Of a DNA stretch of 64,000 nt, positions 35,546 to 42,595 are shown in pieces; the first letter of the stretch is position 1; each line of letters opens with the position of its first letter. The stretch spans positions 3,868-67,867 of the IMG/VR virus record IMGVR_UViG_3300045988_142996. One strand, given 5' to 3'. Source of the DNA: a virus. The position numbers and the translations under genes are program-made. The notes beneath the pieces are model-generated. The model was not told where the DNA came from. It saw only the letters and a program-made list of their open reading frames with translations, and searched no databases.

Positions 35546-35588
35546 TTGTTTTTGTCGGTAGATGTCGGTTTTTGTCGGAAAACTTGCA

Positions 35589-35617
35589 AAAGAAAAAGAC
35601 GCAGATTGCTCTGCGTC
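35589..35617 (-). terminator. Rho-independent terminator (minus strand)
   Basis: Minus strand reads GACGCAGAGCAATCTGCGTC followed by TTTTTCTTTT, downstream of 35641..36003. Confidence 0.7.
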
Positions 35618-35640
35618 TTCGTCGTGTTTATTTGAGAATA

Positions 35641-36003
35641 TCAATCCTCATGGGTATGTTCTGCATAGAAATAGTACCAATCCGGAACACCAGCCAGAAG
35701 CCGTCTTCCATCATCGTACTCAAACTTACCGTAGTCTTCGTTCAGTTCAAGGTTAGCGGACTCGTATTCATCAAGCTCGATGACCTGATCGATTTCGTCC
35801 TCCGTTTTCGTGATGTTGCAGGGCGGACAAGCCCAATATCCGGGAACTTCTTCTATCATGTTTCGTCCGCAGGTGCACACCGGAACCTTTGTGTGAATCT
35901 CGCGGTACCGGTTCGCATAACAGTGGACAACATTCCCTGCTGCATCAGTGGTGGTCCATTCTTCAAAGCCATTGTCATTGATAAAGCGGTCCATGTAAGC
36001 CAT
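35641..36003 (-). CDS. Cys-rich hypothetical protein (putative zinc-binding)
   Basis: 120 aa. ...VPVCTCGRNMIEEVPGYWACPPCN... followed by an acidic C-terminal half. Confidence 0.6.
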   Translation of the reverse strand: MAYMDRFINDNGFEEWTTTDAAGNVVHCYANRYREIHTKVPVCTCGRNMIEEVPGYWACPPCNITKTEDEIDQVIELDEYESANLELNEDYGKFEYDDGRRLLAGVPDWYYFYAEHTHED

Positions 36004-36051
36004 CTTTACTACCTCATAAGCATCTAATCGGTGTGTGCATCATTTAAATCA

Positions 36052-36080
36052 AGTATACAACGCTGGTTGGGTTCTTACAA
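36052..36080 (-). promoter_or_regulatory. Sigma-A-type promoter (minus strand)
   Basis: Minus strand reads TTGTAA (36080..36075), 17-nt spacer, TATACT (36057..36052), about 45 nt upstream of the ATG at 36003. Confidence 0.45.
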
Positions 36081-36135
36081 GATTTTCGCCTTGAACTTTT
36101 CGTTAATTTGGGTCGTTTTTCGTCTCTGCCCAAAA

Positions 36136-36433
36136 GCCCACTTTTATTTTCTACTTATATATATTTTTTTCATTTTTAATAAATAAATAAGAAAAAAAGT
36201 GGGCAAGTGGGCAAAATGGCTTTTTCTTCCAAAAATATAACGTATTTACGCAATATTTTATCCAAAATTCGTGCCCACTTTTGGTTTTAAAAGTGGGCAG
36301 AAAGTGGGCTTTTGGCCAGAAATTGTGAATATTTTGTGAACAAACGGTCATTTTCGTCTATTCTAGAATAGAATTTCACGTCTCTGACACACAAAACCCA
36401 AAACAAAAGTGGGCACGAATTTCAAAAGTGGGC
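36136..36433. repeat. Cluster of eight AAGTGGGC repeats (six direct, two inverted) next to an AT-rich tract: iteron/operator array
   Basis: Copies at 36197, 36205, 36291, 36302, 36407 and 36426 (direct) and 36136 and 36273 (complement), mostly in the context AAAAGTGGGCA. AT-rich 36141..36196. No credible ORF. Confidence 0.85.
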
Positions 36434-36470
36434 AAAAGAAAAAGGCCCTGAATTTTACTCCAGAGCCTTT
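36434..36470 (-). terminator. Rho-independent terminator (minus strand)
   Basis: Minus strand reads AAAGGCTCTG-GAGTAAAATT-CAGGGCCTTT followed by TTCTTTT, downstream of 36476..36823. Confidence 0.65.
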
Positions 36471-36475
36471 ATTAT

Positions 36476-36823
36476 TTATTCGCCGCGCCATTCCATGATG
36501 ATATTGGATGGGTGACTATAATAGCCTTTATTTTTCCCTTCCGTTTGAAAGGTAATACTAGCATATCCCTTTGCTGGATAGTAGCGGTAGGAGTCGACAT
36601 AGCCCTCCATGATAAGGTTTCCCCCGGGAGTATAAAGCCAGGCATAATATGGAGATTGTTTTCCAGAATCGCAGAAGAACCCATTGTCCTCCAGCATTCC
36701 CCAGGATGTTATTGTTCCGTTTGTCGCTTCATCCAAAACGTCCACGGTTTCCGCATAACAAGGAACTGTCACGGAAAACATTAGGAGCGCTGCGATTACG
36801 GCCACCATAATATTCTTTTTCAT
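36476..36823 (-). CDS. Secreted protein (signal peptide)
   Basis: MKKNIMVAVIAALLMFSVTVPCYA-ETVD signal-peptide pattern. GGAGGG RBS before the ATG at 36823. Confidence 0.7.
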   Translation of the reverse strand: MKKNIMVAVIAALLMFSVTVPCYAETVDVLDEATNGTITSWGMLEDNGFFCDSGKQSPYYAWLYTPGGNLIMEGYVDSYRYYPAKGYASITFQTEGKNKGYYSHPSNIIMEWRGE

Positions 36824-36891
36824 TAAACGTCCCTCCTTTTTGTCTAAAAATAACATAAATTCTAACTGCTGTCAATGCCAATTTTCATCAG

Positions 36892-37230
36892 TTATTTCTC
36901 CAAACCCATCAAATATTCCGCACTCCGATAGACAAAATATCGCGGTGCAGGCGGTCGAACAAGTGCTTTTCTCGTGACATCTTCCATGCCAGATTGCTTT
37001 GTCCGCCACCCAATCGAGATGCAATGCCGGATATTCCGCTCCATTCTTTCCGGATTTGCCGCGTATTTTTGCCCGAGTTGTTCGTAATAAATGTACATGT
37101 GCGCCGGCTGTTCATCCTCCAGCAAAGCATCCGTGACCATGTCGATCAGCTCACCAAGCGGATTAAATCCCATCAACCATGGTTCAATGCCGACGCTTTT
37201 CAGATAATCATAGGTTCGAGGTCGCATCAA
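36892..37230 (-). CDS. Spo0A C-terminal-domain-like DNA-binding protein
   Basis: ...YEQLGQKYAANPERMERNIRHCISIGWRT... parallels the Spo0A_C signature (...tt.s.VERAIRHAIEvAW...). There is no receiver domain. Confidence 0.6.
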   Translation of the reverse strand: MMRPRTYDYLKSVGIEPWLMGFNPLGELIDMVTDALLEDEQPAHMYIYYEQLGQKYAANPERMERNIRHCISIGWRTKQSGMEDVTRKALVRPPAPRYFVYRSAEYLMGLEK

Positions 37231-37239
37231 ATCACCACC

Positions 37240-37431
37240 TCACAGATGAATCACACAGGCCGTCAGAGCCGAGCAGCCAAGCATGACAATGATCCAGAAA
37301 ATATCTTTCGGATGCACAATGATATGTACTTCTCCATCGATTTTCCTGAGATGAGTGCCGATTTTAAATCCCATACTGAGTCCATGCCAGTAGAGACAGC
37401 ACATCAAAGCAAAGAGTAGAAATCTCATCAT
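37240..37431 (-). CDS. Small two-TM membrane protein
   Basis: 63 aa with hydrophobic N- and C-terminal segments. Confidence 0.55.
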   Translation of the reverse strand: MMRFLLFALMCCLYWHGLSMGFKIGTHLRKIDGEVHIIVHPKDIFWIIVMLGCSALTACVIHL

Positions 37432-37637
37432 GTGGGCATCTCCAATCCTTCTCGGATGTCGTTTTTGATATACTCAGTCTCGCCAAGGGTCTTACGCCAC
37501 TGAATAATTGCCCTATCCAAAGCAGCTTTTGATACACCGTCATTCCTTGCAAAGATTAGTGACTGAGAATATGACCAACTCCCATCGACATAACGTCCTG
37601 CCAAAATATTAGCAGCATCGGCCTCGTCAATCTTCAT
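37428..37637 (-). CDS. Hypothetical protein
   Basis: 69-aa ORF overlapping both neighbours by 4 nt (coupled). Confidence 0.55.
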   Translation of the reverse strand: MKIDEADAANILAGRYVDGSWSYSQSLIFARNDGVSKAALDRAIIQWRKTLGETEYIKNDIREGLEMPT

Positions 37638-38020
37638 GAACGAACCTCCACGTCCGGCAGAATATCCGTATGGAAATAGAGCTTGTAGTGGTACGGATCA
37701 GTATGGGTGCCGGTAATATCCTCAACAACATACATCGTGTATTCATTCAAATACACATAGTTCTTCTTGTATTCGTTCGGGCCGGTCTTCACGGTGCAAA
37801 CCAATTCGCTGTGGCCGTTGTTTGAGATGGACATAGCACCTTCCATCTCAAGAACAACTTTGTCCGTACGCGCGTTATAGACCGTGATTCGGCGCTCCGC
37901 TTCAAAGTAGTCAGCCTGTTTCGAGAGGTTCTGGTTCACCTTGTCGGCTTCAGAGCACCCGCACAGGCACCCCACCAGCATCATCAGACATACAAAGACA
38001 CAAATAATACGGTTTTTCAT
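37634..38020 (-). CDS. Lipoprotein
   Basis: MKNRIICVFVCLMMLVGCLCGCS is a signal peptide with lipobox-like Cys residues. The rest is a beta-rich domain. Confidence 0.7.
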   Translation of the reverse strand: MKNRIICVFVCLMMLVGCLCGCSEADKVNQNLSKQADYFEAERRITVYNARTDKVVLEMEGAMSISNNGHSELVCTVKTGPNEYKKNYVYLNEYTMYVVEDITGTHTDPYHYKLYFHTDILPDVEVRS

Positions 38021-38027
38021 TGTTACT

Positions 38028-38171
38028 TCACCTCAATATCAAATAAACCAGAAGCAAGAGCCATCCGATATATATGATGGTTCTCTGCTTTTCTTCGCTA
38101 ATGTTCTCAGCGAAAGACATTCCAATGGCAATGGCCTGCCAAATAATGCTTATAAGCAGCACAGTTCGCAT
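38028..38171 (-). CDS. Small two-TM peptide (47 aa, below the ORF-track cutoff)
   Basis: MRTVLLISIIWQAIAIGMSFAENISEEKQRTIIYIGWLLLLVYLILR. Its ATG overlaps the ThyX stop (TGATG) and it fills an otherwise empty 150-nt gap. Confidence 0.5.
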   Translation of the reverse strand: MRTVLLISIIWQAIAIGMSFAENISEEKQRTIIYIGWLLLLVYLILR

Positions 38172-38887
38172 CACTTCACTGCACTGCCTTTCCGTGTCTG
38201 TTCATCCTCGGGCCAGTACGTGTAAATATCATCGAAGACCACCGGGATCTTCTTCTGTACCTCTTTCAGCAGCGGGCACATAAGCTCCCGCATCTGAGGA
38301 TGGGCCGCCACAAGAGTACGCAGTTTGAAGATGTTGCGCCACTCACGGTAGTTGGCAGTCACCACAATCTCAGTTTTCAGGCACAGCGGCAGCACGCAGC
38401 GGGCCTGTTCGGGACGCATACCGAGTGCAATCATATCCTTATAAAGGATTTCCGCAGATTCGCAGGAATCAAGCCAAGTGCTGCCAGGCGTATATTCTGC
38501 GCTTTCACAGTTCTTGTCAGTGTCGGTCACATCAATATAAAACGGCCGAATAAAGCTCAGCTCCCCGCCAAACTTTTCCTTCGAGTAGTTGCAGTACCGG
38601 GTGCTCTCCTGTGCAAAGCTCGCAATGCGATGCCGCACCAGCTCATTCGCCACACCACGGTCGCACGTAAACAGCACGCTCAGCTGAGAATGCTCCAGCA
38701 TAGCCTCATGCCCCTGCTTCACCAGAAAGCCCACCAGCTTCTTTGCCGACTCACCGTCCGGCGTGATCTTGTCCTCGCTCTTGTAGCAGACCCGCGCCAC
38801 TCGCTCGATCTGCTGCAGCTCCTTGATGCCGCCCTCAGAAATATCAGTGAGGATTTCGTACTTAGGTTCAACGATTTTCATAATCAA
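38171..38887 (-). CDS. thyX: FAD-dependent thymidylate synthase ThyX
   Basis: RHRIASFAQESTRY matches the ThyX signature RHR-x7-S-x-RY. 238 aa. Confidence 0.9.
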   Translation of the reverse strand: MIMKIVEPKYEILTDISEGGIKELQQIERVARVCYKSEDKITPDGESAKKLVGFLVKQGHEAMLEHSQLSVLFTCDRGVANELVRHRIASFAQESTRYCNYSKEKFGGELSFIRPFYIDVTDTDKNCESAEYTPGSTWLDSCESAEILYKDMIALGMRPEQARCVLPLCLKTEIVVTANYREWRNIFKLRTLVAAHPQMRELMCPLLKEVQKKIPVVFDDIYTYWPEDEQTRKGSAVK

Positions 38888-39243
38888 TTCTTCTCCTTTT
38901 TTGTCAAATAATCAAATGCTTCAGCCTCAAGGCCGTGCAACCAGCTTTTTTCCTCTGTAAGCCAGCCCAGTACGCCTTTTGCGAGAACCTCAGGCTTCCG
39001 TTCGCACAAGCGGCAGGGCCCCATGCACCAGGGTTCCCCGCAACCGCTTTTCTTGTGCTTTCGGTCAGGCGAAATCGCCCAAGTTTCGCCGTTCCAATAA
39101 TTTATGATGCCCCCGTAAAATACGGGATCGTTGACGGTTGGGTCTGCAGGCACAAAAGCCGACGTGAACCCAGGGATCTTATCAGCCTTGTCAAGACCGA
39201 GCAATTCGATTCGCCGAAGGTATTCTTCCTTAGAAATTCTCAC
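38884..39243 (-). CDS. Hypothetical Cys-containing protein
   Basis: 119-aa ORF coupled to thyX (4-nt overlap). Confidence 0.6.
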   Translation of the reverse strand: MRISKEEYLRRIELLGLDKADKIPGFTSAFVPADPTVNDPVFYGGIINYWNGETWAISPDRKHKKSGCGEPWCMGPCRLCERKPEVLAKGVLGWLTEEKSWLHGLEAEAFDYLTKKEKN

Positions 39244-39294
39244 AGTAAATTTTCCTTTCTTACGTCCAAACTTCTTCTGTAGGATTCCAGCACT

Positions 39295-39438
39295 TCACAC
39301 CAAAATCCTGAACATCGTAAACCAAATCACCTTCAGCGTAACCGTAACGATGATCAGCCACGCGCAGATAACTATGGTCATAGCCAGCATATGGCCGAGG
39401 AACACTCCGAGCTTCGTCCAAATATCATTCATTTCCAT
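39295..39438 (-). CDS. Small membrane peptide (start uncertain)
   Basis: ...WTKLGVFLGHMLAMTIVICAWLIIVTVTLKVIWFTMF is hydrophobic. The ATG at 39438 or 39432 lies near the upstream stop. Confidence 0.4.
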   Translation of the reverse strand: MEMNDIWTKLGVFLGHMLAMTIVICAWLIIVTVTLKVIWFTMFRILV

Positions 39439-39625
39439 CAACCCTTTCAAAGCCCGCAAAGTCTCCAAAGCCGATATTCCCATGTTCGCAGTGATGAACC
39501 GGTTTATATTTTTCCAATTCAGGTACATGATTTAGGGCATCTCCTAACCCCACATAGCATAAACCATCATTGAATTTTTCCCCACACAAACTGCATTTGT
39601 AGGCTGAAAAATAGAATGTTGTCAC
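39425..39625 (-). CDS. Small Cys/His-rich protein
   Basis: The GTG at 39625 overlaps the upstream TGA (GTGA), with GAGGAGG upstream. ...YKCSLCGEKF...HHCEHG. Confidence 0.5.
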   Translation of the reverse strand: MTTFYFSAYKCSLCGEKFNDGLCYVGLGDALNHVPELEKYKPVHHCEHGNIGFGDFAGFERVDGNE

Positions 39626-39831
39626 CCAACACGCCTCCTCACAGCATCCACCCGGCACTCCGCCGCGTTCAGCTCAAAGATGGCTGCCGTGACGAATTCC
39701 GGGTCGCAGTTTTCAAAGTGATTCCGCGCCACCTCCAGGTCACGCAAAGCCTCTCGCAGCGTGTTAACCGTTGCCGGAATCGGCTCCATGCGGAATATCT
39801 TTTTGACATACTCAGCGATTTTTCGCAGCAT
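39622..39831 (-). CDS. DUF2508 (YaaL)-like small protein
   Basis: ...LREALRDLEVARNHFENCDPEFVTAAIFELNAAECRVD follows the W/A-x-x-x-F-E-x-x-x-DP-x-x-(I/V)-x-x-AI-(Y/F)-E-L pattern. GGAGG before the ATG at 39831. Confidence 0.5.
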   Translation of the reverse strand: MLRKIAEYVKKIFRMEPIPATVNTLREALRDLEVARNHFENCDPEFVTAAIFELNAAECRVDAVRRRVG

Positions 39832-40189
39832 TTCTACACCTCCACATCTTTGTGACTTGACGAGCCGTGAGCCAGCCCTCAACATCATCATGACCAAGCA
39901 GCTGCGCACCCATCACCTCGATAAGCCCCTGCTCAAAGCCATAGGAACCCCAACCCCAAACACCATCCCAGATACGATTTCCCGAAGCATCATATGCAAC
40001 AATTTGCTCACCACCATCGTGCCGTCCGCCCGGAAGAAACTCCTGATTGTCCGGTCTATCCATCTCAGGCCAACGACGTCCATAAGTATGCAGAACCTTA
40101 GCGTGCTTCAGCAGAATATCCAGTTTCTGCATCTCGGTCATGTGGTTCCAAACCCGGAGTTTCCAGGTTTTCTTAGACATGTTTCTCAT
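39812..40189 (-). CDS. Hypothetical protein
   Basis: About 125 aa from the ATG at 40189 (MRNMSKKTWKLRVWNH...WGWGSYGFEQGLIEVMG...). Confidence 0.55.
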   Translation of the reverse strand: MRNMSKKTWKLRVWNHMTEMQKLDILLKHAKVLHTYGRRWPEMDRPDNQEFLPGGRHDGGEQIVAYDASGNRIWDGVWGWGSYGFEQGLIEVMGAQLLGHDDVEGWLTARQVTKMWRCRNAAKNR

Positions 40190-40344
40190 TTCTGCATTTC
40201 CTTTCGTCAGCCTCCATGGTCTTTGCGATTTTATGCTGAATATAAAGCACGCAGCCAGCCTGGCTATCACACCCGAATGAAGCCAACAGTCCAGCAATAG
40301 CATTCAGAGAGTTCAAATCCTCTTCAGTAAATATCATTTAGCGT

Positions 40345-40572
40345 TCACTGTTCCTCCTGATACTCTATGATTTTGGTCACTTCACTCTGAACCTGGCGTA
40401 AGAAATCACACGCAACCGAACAACCACATTCCCCCAATGCCTCAGCGATATTGCCCAAACTATCCATATCGGTTCTTGTGAGATTAACTTTAGGAATAAC
40501 TTCGATGTTCTCTTCTGTGATGAACGGTGTATAGTCTCCACAATGGCAACATTTAATGTTCATGCGTTGCAT
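40345..40572 (-). CDS. Cys-rich hypothetical protein
   Basis: MQRMNIKCCHCGDYTPF...GECGCSVACDF. AGGGAG RBS before the ATG at 40572. Confidence 0.55.
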   Translation of the reverse strand: MQRMNIKCCHCGDYTPFITEENIEVIPKVNLTRTDMDSLGNIAEALGECGCSVACDFLRQVQSEVTKIIEYQEEQ

Positions 40573-40879
40573 ACAAACATCTCCCTTCAATGGTAAAAAC
40601 AAAGAGCCGCATATTTCTCCACGGCTCGATACCTTTAGATTTTTTCACCAACTCATCATGTTCCTTTCTTGTGATATACCCATTAAAATAAGCTGAGGTC
40701 AGTCCATCCCAACGGCCCTGACGGTGTCCGCTTTTGTATCCGGCATCCCAAGTGGCCTTCCATTTCTTGTATCCCATCGTGTTAATCTTCAACTTGATGT
40801 AATCCACTTCAGCCAGCACCAAGCCAATAGCGGCACACATACCGACCATTTTGACAACAACTTTAAATGCTTTTTTCAT
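40553..40879 (-). CDS. Membrane-anchored hypothetical protein whose ORF reads through a terminator-like hairpin
   Basis: N-terminal TM segment (VGMCAAIGLVLA). The last ~20 codons (IEPWRNMRLFVF...) are the translation of the hairpin at 40604..40627 plus its T-run. Confidence 0.6.
   Translation of the reverse strand: MKKAFKVVVKMVGMCAAIGLVLAEVDYIKLKINTMGYKKWKATWDAGYKSGHRQGRWDGLTSAYFNGYITRKEHDELVKKSKGIEPWRNMRLFVFTIEGRCLYATHEH
40595..40627 (-). terminator. Member of the GAGCCG..CGGCTC hairpin family, located inside the 3' end of ORF 40553..40879
   Basis: Minus strand reads GAGCCGTGGAGAAATATGCGGCTC followed by TTTGTTTTT, one mismatch from the copies at 44004, 53736 and 61198. Confidence 0.4.
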
Positions 40880-40909
40880 AGTAAATATCTCCTTTCAAAT
40901 ATGAGTTCA

Positions 40910-40938
40910 CCTCATAAAGGAGACTGTTATTTTCGCGT
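40910..40938 (-). promoter_or_regulatory. Copy 2 of the conserved 29-nt motif
   Basis: Minus strand reads ACGCGAAAATAACAGTCTCCTTTATGAGG. It overlaps the last codons (TRK*) of 40927..41088. 32 nt upstream of the ATG at 40879. Confidence 0.55.
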
Positions 40939-41088
40939 TTTCTCCTCAAACTTCACGGGCTTTACCGTACCCTCCCGTGCATACTCCGTCAGGCACTCGT
41001 TGCAAGGCTCGTCCGTCTCCAGCACCTTGAAGTTCTTGCACTTCGGGCAGTAGGACGCATAATTTACTTCGCGCATCCAGTCATTCAT
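40927..41088 (-). CDS. Small zinc-ribbon protein (53 aa, below the ORF-track cutoff)
   Basis: MNDWMREVNYASYCPKCKNFKVLETDEPCNECLTEYAREGTVKPVKFEEKTRK. Its ATG overlaps the upstream TGA (ATGA). Confidence 0.55.
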   Translation of the reverse strand: MNDWMREVNYASYCPKCKNFKVLETDEPCNECLTEYAREGTVKPVKFEEKTRK

Positions 41089-41798
41089 TTTTTCGCCTCC
41101 TCAATCGCAAAATGTGCAGTCTTTTCACGGCAGCAAGGGCACATCGCGATTTTAACGTCGCTTTCATAAAGGTACGGTATATCATCCCATGCCTGCTTGT
41201 AAAACTTATGTACGTCGCCGCACTTCAGGCATCTGGTGCGTACAGCGAGCTTGTCCAACGACTCTTGCTTAACTTCTGTCGAAAACCTATAATCCTCCTC
41301 CGGTACCATAGAATATTCACGGCAGTTTGGACATTGAATTAAGGCTGTCGGGCATTCGCGCATCAGGTCGTCATATGCACGCTTAGGGTGTGTCTCCCGT
41401 GCGCCACAAATTTTGCAAATAAGCGTAACTTTAGGCTTCACATTTTTATCTTTCCGGGCCTCTTCCACCTTCACCGCAAACCTATCATCCAACTCCGGGT
41501 GAGTCTCCCGCTGGTTCAATGCCCAGAGCAGGTTCCAGCAGGCAGCGCGCAGGTGGTCCTCATCGTTCATACCGACCATGTACTTTGCCAGATGCCGAGA
41601 AGCACTGTCCAGAAGCGAATGCAGCGGGATACCCTTATCCACGTTGTGCTCGCCGTACTTCAGCGCACCTTCCTCGCAGTGCTTGCTGACCTCCATGATG
41701 CCATACCAAGGTAAGAGATCCATTCTGCCCTTCCCTGCATGCATATCACGCTTGGCACCGGTTTCAAATTCGGTGCGGTCTCCAGAATCCTTAATCAT
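41085..41798 (-). CDS. MazZ-like dATP/dGTP pyrophosphohydrolase N-domain (DUF5664) fused to multiple zinc ribbons
   Basis: KDSGDRTEFETGAKRDMHAGKGRMDLLP...GALKYGEHNVDKGIP...DSASRHLAKYMVG.NDEDHLRAACWNLLWAL matches the DUF5664 pattern. The C-terminal half has four CxxC pairs. Confidence 0.65.
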   Translation of the reverse strand: MIKDSGDRTEFETGAKRDMHAGKGRMDLLPWYGIMEVSKHCEEGALKYGEHNVDKGIPLHSLLDSASRHLAKYMVGMNDEDHLRAACWNLLWALNQRETHPELDDRFAVKVEEARKDKNVKPKVTLICKICGARETHPKRAYDDLMRECPTALIQCPNCREYSMVPEEDYRFSTEVKQESLDKLAVRTRCLKCGDVHKFYKQAWDDIPYLYESDVKIAMCPCCREKTAHFAIEEAKK

Positions 41799-42138
41799 TT
41801 TTTAACCCTCCAAAGTTTTTCACAAATTCGTCGATGCTTGACGTGGCATCCAAAAGCGCAGCTCCTAAATCTGCGAGTCCTGCGTTTAGGAAATAACCGC
41901 TCTTAACAAGGCCTTCGTATCTCAGAGCTACTTTTTTACCCCGTTTAATTTTTTCTCCCGGAATCATGTAGCGAACATTTGTGCACATGCTCCAGCGCCA
42001 GTCCATCATTTTATTGTAATCTGCCCGGTTGTTCGGAGCGGCACGAAAGAACTTGCTTAACATAACGGTAGTTCCGCCAAAGCCGTTCCTGCGCCTGTAA
42101 ATCTGCTTCAGATGCTTCTTAGACAGGTTTTTCATCAA
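41791..42138 (-). CDS. Hypothetical protein
   Basis: 115-aa basic ORF, coupled to its neighbours. Confidence 0.55.
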   Translation of the reverse strand: MMKNLSKKHLKQIYRRRNGFGGTTVMLSKFFRAAPNNRADYNKMMDWRWSMCTNVRYMIPGEKIKRGKKVALRYEGLVKSGYFLNAGLADLGAALLDATSSIDEFVKNFGGLKND

Positions 42139-42380
42139 GTAACCTCCAATACCTGCTCCGGCGAATAAATGCCGAAGAAATTATACGCACCAAGCTCCTC
42201 CAGTGAGACTCCGATAAAATATCCATCCTTACCGCAGAATGTCACATAGTCTAAGCCAATTTCCGTTGGATTGCGAAAAATGTACATTTTTAGTGCATTT
42301 CCAAATGTTCTATATTCCTTGCACCTGCTTTTCAGCATCCGGTCGATTCGCTTGATTGTTTTCTTCGATGGGTTGCACAT
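42135..42380 (-). CDS. Hypothetical protein
   Basis: 81-aa ORF with overlapping stop/start codons on both sides. Confidence 0.55.
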   Translation of the reverse strand: MCNPSKKTIKRIDRMLKSRCKEYRTFGNALKMYIFRNPTEIGLDYVTFCGKDGYFIGVSLEELGAYNFFGIYSPEQVLEVT

Positions 42381-42595
42381 TACTTGACACGCCCCTTCAA
42401 AATATCCATCACCTTCATAATCAGATCGCAGTATTCGGTGCCATAGATCTTTGCGTCATTTCCTTCATGATGGCGCTCTTCTTCCTCGAAGTGATCCGCG
42501 CAAGGGATTTCGATGTTCTTTTCATCAAGCAAATCCTCGAAAGCGTCCACAACTGCATAGGCGAGTTCTCTTTCGATGTCCATTTTAAATTCCAT
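42380..42595 (-). CDS. Small acidic protein
   Basis: 71 aa, rich in D/E (…DAFEDLLDEKNIEIPCADHFEEEERHHEGND…). Confidence 0.55.
   Translation of the reverse strand: MEFKMDIERELAYAVVDAFEDLLDEKNIEIPCADHFEEEERHHEGNDAKIYGTEYCDLIMKVMDILKGRVK

Noticed and set aside
36151-36351. Three listed ORFs: 36151..36351 (66 aa), 60854..61216 (120 aa) and 30865..31398 (177 aa).
   Set aside because: They run through repeat arrays, terminator hairpins or the inverted-repeat region. They lack RBSs and have implausible low-complexity translations.
36136-36433. Possible CRISPR array, suggested by the repeated AAGTGGGC units.
   Set aside because: The repeats are only 8-11 bp, occur in both orientations and have irregular spacing (8 to ~100 bp). 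There are no cas genes. The pattern fits iterons or operators instead.
41085-41798. Z-genome (2-aminoadenine) pathway, suggested by the MazZ-like domain.
   Set aside because: No PurZ (adenylosuccinate-synthetase-like) or DatZ candidate was found in any frame. DUF5664 domains also occur widely in phages with canonical DNA.
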